21,872 bases of DNA from Chthoniobacteraceae bacterium (GTDB lineage: Bacteria; Verrucomicrobiota; Verrucomicrobiia; Chthoniobacterales; Chthoniobacteraceae). Every line of letters starts with the position of its first letter. The first letter of the stretch is position 1. The notes under the pieces are model-generated. The model was not told where the DNA came from and ran no database searches. It saw only the letters and a program-made list of their open reading frames with translations. Positions 18,201-21,872 of the stretch are shown piece after piece. The translations under genes were made by a program, and so were the position numbers. Location of the stretch: assembly GCA_031409335.1 (NCBI GenBank), contig JANNWY010000235.1, positions 1-21,872 on the forward strand, written 5' to 3'.

Positions 18201-20791
18201 TCGTCCTCGATGAAGGGATTGTTCGGATCGTTTTTTCCCGCGCGCAGGCGCAGATCGTGGAACTGCGTGACGGTGGTATTGGGGAAGAGCGGGAAATTCA
18301 CCGGATCGCCGCCGAGATCGTCACGGAAGTAAAAGTTGAACGACGGCTTTTGCGTAAAATCCGTCTGGCTCCACGCGCTAGTATTTGGCGACGCGGAGTT
18401 TTGGTTCGTCAGTTTGTAACGCGGCCGCGCGTGGCCGCTGCCCGAGATGCGCATCCCGAATTCGGTATTCAGCGACGGCCGGCCGTCGGGATAGACCAGC
18501 TCCATGATCGCGGGCCGCTCGATGAAACGCCCGCGGTGCAGCGGATTGTCATACGCGGAAAGATCCGCAATGGACGGTGCGCTCGACGCGGCCTGCGTCC
18601 ACACGCTGTTGAAATTCGTCGGCTGCGGCGCGGTGAGCGCGGTGTACGCGCCGCTGACGATCGCCATGACGCCGAACGGCCGGTAGAGCGAACGCTGCTG
18701 ATCGCCAGTGACGCAGAGCGCGGGCACGCTCTTGCGGCTTGCGGGTTCATTGATGAGGTAGGAGCGCGTCGCCGTGGCGGACGGCGTCGCGCCCGTTTTG
18801 AAAGCGCGCGCGCGGATCGATCGCGACGAGTTCACCGAGATCGCCGCCGAATACGCGGTGCCATTCGTCTCCGTCGGCTCCGTCCCGTCGATCGTGAAGC
18901 GGATCGTCGCGCCCGGCGTGAGCGTCGCCAGCGCGACCGTCTGCGTCCCCGTGTAAAAACCCGCGGCGCGATCGAACGTCGGCATTTCCACGATGCCGGA
19001 AAATGTCGCGCCCGCATTCGGCGCGAGCGGCGTCGGCGTCCCGAAGAGCGCGTATTGCCCGCCGCCAGCGCGCCCGTAGCTCTGCGTCGCCGGGAGCGCG
19101 GGCACCGCGATTTGCTGGAGCACCGCGCCAAATTGATTCCGCAGCGTGAGCGTTTCCCCGCCCGCGTTCAGTTTGAAATTCGCGTGCAAATAGCCGCCGC
19201 TCGCCGGTGCCGTGATGTCCGCCCCGTCGCAAACCACCAGCAGATGCCCGCCCGCGGGAATCTGCGTGCCCGCGGGAAAAATCCACTTCGCCGGATCGCC
19301 GAGTTCATCGCTCAACTGCCAGCCATCGAGCAAAACCGCCGCCGCTCCGTCGTTGTGAAATTCCACCCAGTCGAGCTGCGTGTCCGGCGGCTCGGGGTTG
19401 TCTTCGATCGCCTCGTCTTCCGAAACCTCCGGCTCCGACACGCCGACGAAGTATCTCCAAGTATCCGTGAAATTCACGAAGATCGCGCCGCCGCTGCGCT
19501 GGAGCCGGGCGCGCAGGAAAAGGTCCGCGTCGGCAACGGTCAGATTATGCACCTGCACGCCGAGCACGTTCTGGCCGAGCGTCAGCAGCTTTGCGGGTGG
19601 ATCGAGCGTGTAAGTCGTCGAGGTCCCGCCCGCGCGCGCGGCAGTCGTCACGGCATCGTGCGGGGTGAAAGCATTTGCCTCGGCCAGATTCGCGCGCGCC
19701 ACTTCCACGCCATTCACGTAGGCGACGAAGCCGTCGTCATAATCCATCAGCAGTTGCAGCGCCGCCGGGTCCGCGAGGTCCGCCGCGGTCACATTGAAAA
19801 CGATCCGGCAATAAACCGACGGCGTGATGCCGACGACCTGCGCGGTCACATTCGTCCCGAGCGTCACGCCCGCCGGCGGCGTGCCTGCGCCGATCGGTGC
19901 CGCGCCGGAACTCCACGCCGTATCCTGAAAACTCGCCCGGCCCCACTGCACGTTCTGCTTTCCCGAGAGCAGCAACGCCGGATCGTACACGCCGCCCGAT
20001 GGCTCCACGAGTCCGGGGAAATACCGCCACGCCGTGTTGTTCGCGACGAGGGTGACGGGCGACGCGCCGGCGATTCGCAAGTCCGCCTTGAGGAAAAAAT
20101 TGTTCCGATTGTCGATCGCGACGAACGAGCCGTTCCCGCTGTTTCCCGCGGGTTCGTACACCGACGTGGCTTCCCAATAATTCAACGCGTGAATCGCGAT
20201 CACATTCGTCCCGGCCACGAGCCGCGTATTCGCCGGACCCAGCGGCAGCGTGCGCGTCCGCGCATACGGCGTGGATTTATCCTCCGCGTTCGCGGGCGTG
20301 CCAAATGCGGCAAACTGGTCGTGGTAAAGAAACGCGTTAACCGCGCCCGCATTCTGCCGCGCGACTTCGACGCCGTTGATGTAGCAGACAAATCCATCGT
20401 TGAACTGCGCATCCAGCACGAGCGCATCCGTCCGCACCGCATCCGGCCCGGACACGACGAAGGTCTTCCGCAGATAAATCGTTGGCGTCAGATTTTGCAT
20501 CTGCGTCGCCACGTTTGTCCCAAAAGTGGGCGCCGGCGCGACATTCGTGAACGTCCCAAAACCGAACGGTCCCGGCCCCGTTTGCCAGCCCGCGTCGTTA
20601 AAAGCCGTCTCCGTCCACCGCGTCCCAAAGCCAAAACTCGCCACGCCTGCCGCCGACCATTGCAGCGCGCCCTCGGAGCCAGCGGACATCACTTCATTGA
20701 TCACCACATCGGCGCGGGTGAGCTCGGTGGTGAGGAGGAGAAAGAGCGCGATCAATCGCGGTCCAAAGCGGGAGGAGCGGAGGTAAATCAT
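15218..20791 (-). CDS. Large secreted lamin-tail-domain / CotH-kinase protein with galactose-binding-like and Fn3-associated domains
   Basis: Signal peptide; four LTD starts (VVINEVM, LLITEVMYHP, ILINEVLAN, IVISELMIDP); two YxRxxF...(N/D)DGFVxYxNGVEVAR domains; IRFTIDGTEPT and VYFTIDGRDPR Fn3-associated/CHB_HEX_C repeats; CotH motifs LYVNGVYKGYYNLCE, DWPHNN, WDAE; C-terminal DADSDGLTNFWEWALGLNP...FIRLRV. Confidence 0.93.
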   Translation of the reverse strand: MIYLRSSRFGPRLIALFLLLTTELTRADVVINEVMSAGSEGALQWSAAGVASFGFGTRWTETAFNDAGWQTGPGPFGFGTFTNVAPAPTFGTNVATQMQNLTPTIYLRKTFVVSGPDAVRTDALVLDAQFNDGFVCYINGVEVARQNAGAVNAFLYHDQFAAFGTPANAEDKSTPYARTRTLPLGPANTRLVAGTNVIAIHALNYWEATSVYEPAGNSGNGSFVAIDNRNNFFLKADLRIAGASPVTLVANNTAWRYFPGLVEPSGGVYDPALLLSGKQNVQWGRASFQDTAWSSGAAPIGAGTPPAGVTLGTNVTAQVVGITPSVYCRIVFNVTAADLADPAALQLLMDYDDGFVAYVNGVEVARANLAEANAFTPHDAVTTAARAGGTSTTYTLDPPAKLLTLGQNVLGVQVHNLTVADADLFLRARLQRSGGAIFVNFTDTWRYFVGVSEPEVSEDEAIEDNPEPPDTQLDWVEFHNDGAAAVLLDGWQLSDELGDPAKWIFPAGTQIPAGGHLLVVCDGADITAPASGGYLHANFKLNAGGETLTLRNQFGAVLQQIAVPALPATQSYGRAGGGQYALFGTPTPLAPNAGATFSGIVEMPTFDRAAGFYTGTQTVALATLTPGATIRFTIDGTEPTETNGTAYSAAISVNSSRSIRARAFKTGATPSATATRSYLINEPASRKSVPALCVTGDQQRSLYRPFGVMAIVSGAYTALTAPQPTNFNSVWTQAASSAPSIADLSAYDNPLHRGRFIERPAIMELVYPDGRPSLNTEFGMRISGSGHARPRYKLTNQNSASPNTSAWSQTDFTQKPSFNFYFRDDLGGDPVNFPLFPNTTVTQFHDLRLRAGKNDPNNPFIEDELMRRLYVDLGQIGSVGIINTLYVNGVYKGYYNLCEHLREDFMQRHHGSDLAWDVRQVTTIASGDGLAFQEMITFLRNNPQTTLVNHQAMKTRLDMVNFVDYLIMNGFGVTGDWPHNNYVCARERSASGLHRYYLWDAEGAFGDFSGNVRTNTFVAGTTASFITTAPTTVGLNEGIRILYTLLRASPEFKQLYADRLQKHFFNNGALTEARILARLNSLRTEFTPLLNGTAFNDRVTPWTNGVGDATRYTTSGATNTPSRRNVLFNGYTDDVAGGAFVQAHLVAEGLWPAVLAPTFSTFGGNVAPGFALTITNLNGSGTVYFTIDGRDPRAEGGAIQGTAGTAVTINAPTIVKARVRSTGGVWSPLVEALFDTGVVPSLLITEVMYHPPDNGAVNGDEYEFIEIKNVGAQAVNLFGMKFTSGIAYEFPAGASIGAGGFKTIARNAVQFAAKYPAVTLLDAWGAGSSLANGGDTLTLTDAANRTVFSVAWLDESPWPIAPDGSGPSLVPVNANAIPAPNNASNWRASTNPGGSPGADDPAPPTLPILINEVLANSAPSVDRVELFNPNASAVDVSDWWLSDDVALPQKYRFPAGSIIAAGGFLELTESTFNSGANPFAFSANGDETVLSSGDVTGALTGYQHVVQFGASEAGVSFGRHLNSQNTAFFTLQQTPTFGSANAGPKIGPIVISELMIDPLAGNDEYIELRNVSDQPVPLFDPANPGNTWKVDGIGYNLPAGLTLQPRQVILLAPIAPATFSAKYNVPGAVAIHGPFTGALNNGGERVSLGKPGVPYLNDLSQITVPYIDVDAVTYDNIAPWPAVAANGRALERVNALAFADDPQNWQASAIGGSIGTPTLLSFGAWLAQHFTPTQLTDPNVGTPGADADSDGLTNFWEWALGLNPLATDAMGAIVTTLEMHSGTGPYLTLRHRRNLAAISLQNFADTAAIPGTWNFGAGVAVGVPVNNGDGSETITRRDTEASPGGMHRFIRLRVIGN

Positions 20792-20862
20792 GTCGGGGGA
20801 CTACGCCGGGAAGGAACAGCCGAAAACCCAACCCGTCAACGAACCGCGCTCGGCGGAGGAAT

Positions 20863-21009
20863 ATGGTGAAATGGAACTGCGTCTTCCGCGTCCGCGACGC
20901 CGACGGAATCACGCCCGGCGACTACCCTTTTTGCCTGTTCGTCCTCGTCGGCGACCTCGCGACCGTCACCGATTCCCTCCGCGCGCTGCACCGCGAATTC
21001 GCGAACTAA
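20863..21009 (+). pseudogene. 48-codon ORF, probably the orphan C-terminus of a hypothetical protein
   Basis: MVKWNCVFRVRDADGITPGDYPFCLFVLVGDLATVTDSLRALHREFAN*; nearly all codons end in G/C like real host genes; below the ORF-track cutoff; no room for a longer 5' part before the divergent gene start at 20791. Confidence 0.5.
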
Positions 21010-21126
21010 CCGGGGTGTATGGCGTCGCTGAGTCGAAGAGGAGGTTACAAGGTAGGTTGGCATGCGGCAGAATGCGCCCTGTACACTGCGGGCGCTGGCG
21101 CCCTTTCCTCCTTCCCGTAGCCCTGT

Positions 21127-21413
21127 TCAAACTTCATCCACTAATTTGGAACGCCATTTCTCCGCGATCTCAGGCTGCATATGAGGAAGCAGGACGCGCA
21201 GCGTATAATTGCCAAACATCTTGCCATCGCGCACGTAGCTCCAGTCGGTGACATCCTCCAGTTTCGCGGTGGCTCGATCTCCTTTGCGGAGTTGCTTCAA
21301 TGATTGAATCTCGCAATCGAGGACACCGGCGAATCGGTCGTTCTCATACGTCGTATGCGATAACCATATGTGCTCGACGATATCGCCCTCTCGGAACGCA
21401 ACTTTGACGGTGA
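21127..21413 (-). pseudogene. 3' part of a DUF2314 / YegJ-family gene interrupted by the IS5 element
   Basis: Manual translation: TVKVAFREGDIVEHIWLSHTTYENDRFAGVLDCEIQSLKQLRKGDRATAKLEDVTDWSYVRDGKMFGNYTLRVLLPHMQPEIAEKWRSKLVDEV*; motifs VK, EHxW, DWxY, GxxT. No start codon; begins at the IS end. Confidence 0.8.
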
Positions 21414-21438
21414 GAGCGTATCCGGAAAGTGGGCGGAG

Positions 21439-21872
21439 CTAATTTCTGGCCAGTCGTTTGAGCATAAGGCGGGACATACAAAGGTAGATGTGGGACTCGG
21501 AGTGATCGGGTCGCTGCTCATAGTCGCGAGAGAGGCGGCGGGACTTGTAGAGCCAGCTGAAGGTGCGCTCGACAGCCGAGCGCAGCGAGACAGACTGCGC
21601 CGAAGGCCAGCCCGAAGGGTGAGCGCAGCGAATCAATCCAGCGTTTTCTGACGAGTTGAAAGCCCTTGGCGTCGTCGCTGCGGCGGACGATTGAGAGGTG
21701 GAGTTTTCCGAAGGGACGCAAGCTTTTGACCCAGGCGACCAGGGCACCTGCATAGCCTCCGTCAGCCCAGATGATCTGCAGCCTGCCAAAAAGAGCAGGT
21801 AAAGGCTCGCGAGGAGCAGGAAGGCCCCAGCGCGATCCTGGACACTGGCCGGCGTGACCTTCACGCCGAGGA
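21439..21872 (-). pseudogene. IS5-family DDE transposase, C-terminal part, disrupted by a frameshift and a 61-bp insertion
   Basis: Reconstructed VTPASVQDR...RLQIIWADGGYAG...GFQLVRKRWI/VERTFSWLYKSRRLSRDYE...MSRLMLKRLARN*; frameshift at A5 (21788-21792) and insert at 21575-21635. Confidence 0.88.
21575..21635. repeat. 61-bp palindromic mini-element inserted in the transposase with a CA duplication
   Basis: Removing it restores TGG ATT GTC GAG (W-I-V-E). Flanked by CA at 21573-21574 and 21634-21635; internal direct repeat GAGCGCAGCGA x2 and hairpins GCC-GAA-GGC, CCC-GAA-GGG. Confidence 0.85.

Larger units (their letters stand above)
21414..21872 (-). mobile_element. IS5-family insertion sequence (IS1031-like), downstream end; runs off the window
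   Basis: Transposase C-terminus plus candidate terminal inverted repeat GAGCGTATCCGGAAA (21414-21428) abutting a TGA/TCA (TNA-type) target at 21411-21413. Confidence 0.85.

Noticed and set aside
17603..20869. 1088-aa plus-strand ORF and other long antisense ORFs (1497-3983, 274-1392, 10094-11758, 15896-17557)
   Set aside because: Shadow frames of high-GC genes on the opposite strand; Arg/Ala-rich with no family motifs.
21004..21135. Integron attC site downstream of the DUF2314 gene
   Set aside because: GAAC and GTTAG ends exist on the minus strand, but the R and L boxes do not pair convincingly and no integrase or second site is visible.
21785..21795. Programmed -1 frameshift in the IS5 transposase
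   Set aside because: The run is not a canonical X-XXY-YYZ heptamer, and the gene is separately broken by the insert.
1..21872. CRISPR array, tRNA, rRNA or riboswitch
   Set aside because: No regularly spaced direct repeats or recognisable structured-RNA signatures were seen by eye; a covariance-model scan was not possible.

Overview
GC-rich bacterial DNA, most likely Verrucomicrobiota (Chthoniobacterales-like), inferred from the protein families and the AC-rich leaders without Shine-Dalgarno motifs. Left: a two-component pair (sensor kinase plus a response regulator cut by the window edge) divergent from a sigma-54 promoter that precedes a TonB-dependent receptor and a VTT/DedA membrane protein. 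Centre: a ~10.6 kb block (4614-15217) with no integrase, bracketed by two diverged copies of the last 23 codons of the large CotH/lamin-tail gene. It carries an ECF sigma factor, a Ser/Thr kinase-WD40 protein, a frameshifted secreted PA14-PA14-FGE-LamG protein ending in a dockerin, a PEP-CTERM protein with a cohesin-like body, and a DUF58 remnant. Right: the 1857-aa CotH/LTD protein, an orphan gene tail, and a DUF2314 gene cut by a decayed IS5 that itself carries a 61-bp palindromic insert. Three different REP-doublet hairpins sit at module borders. The best candidate for a new system is a dockerin / PEP-CTERM-anchored cohesin surface-display pair, possibly controlled by the ECF-kinase module. 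All domain calls are by eye from motifs; no searches were run.
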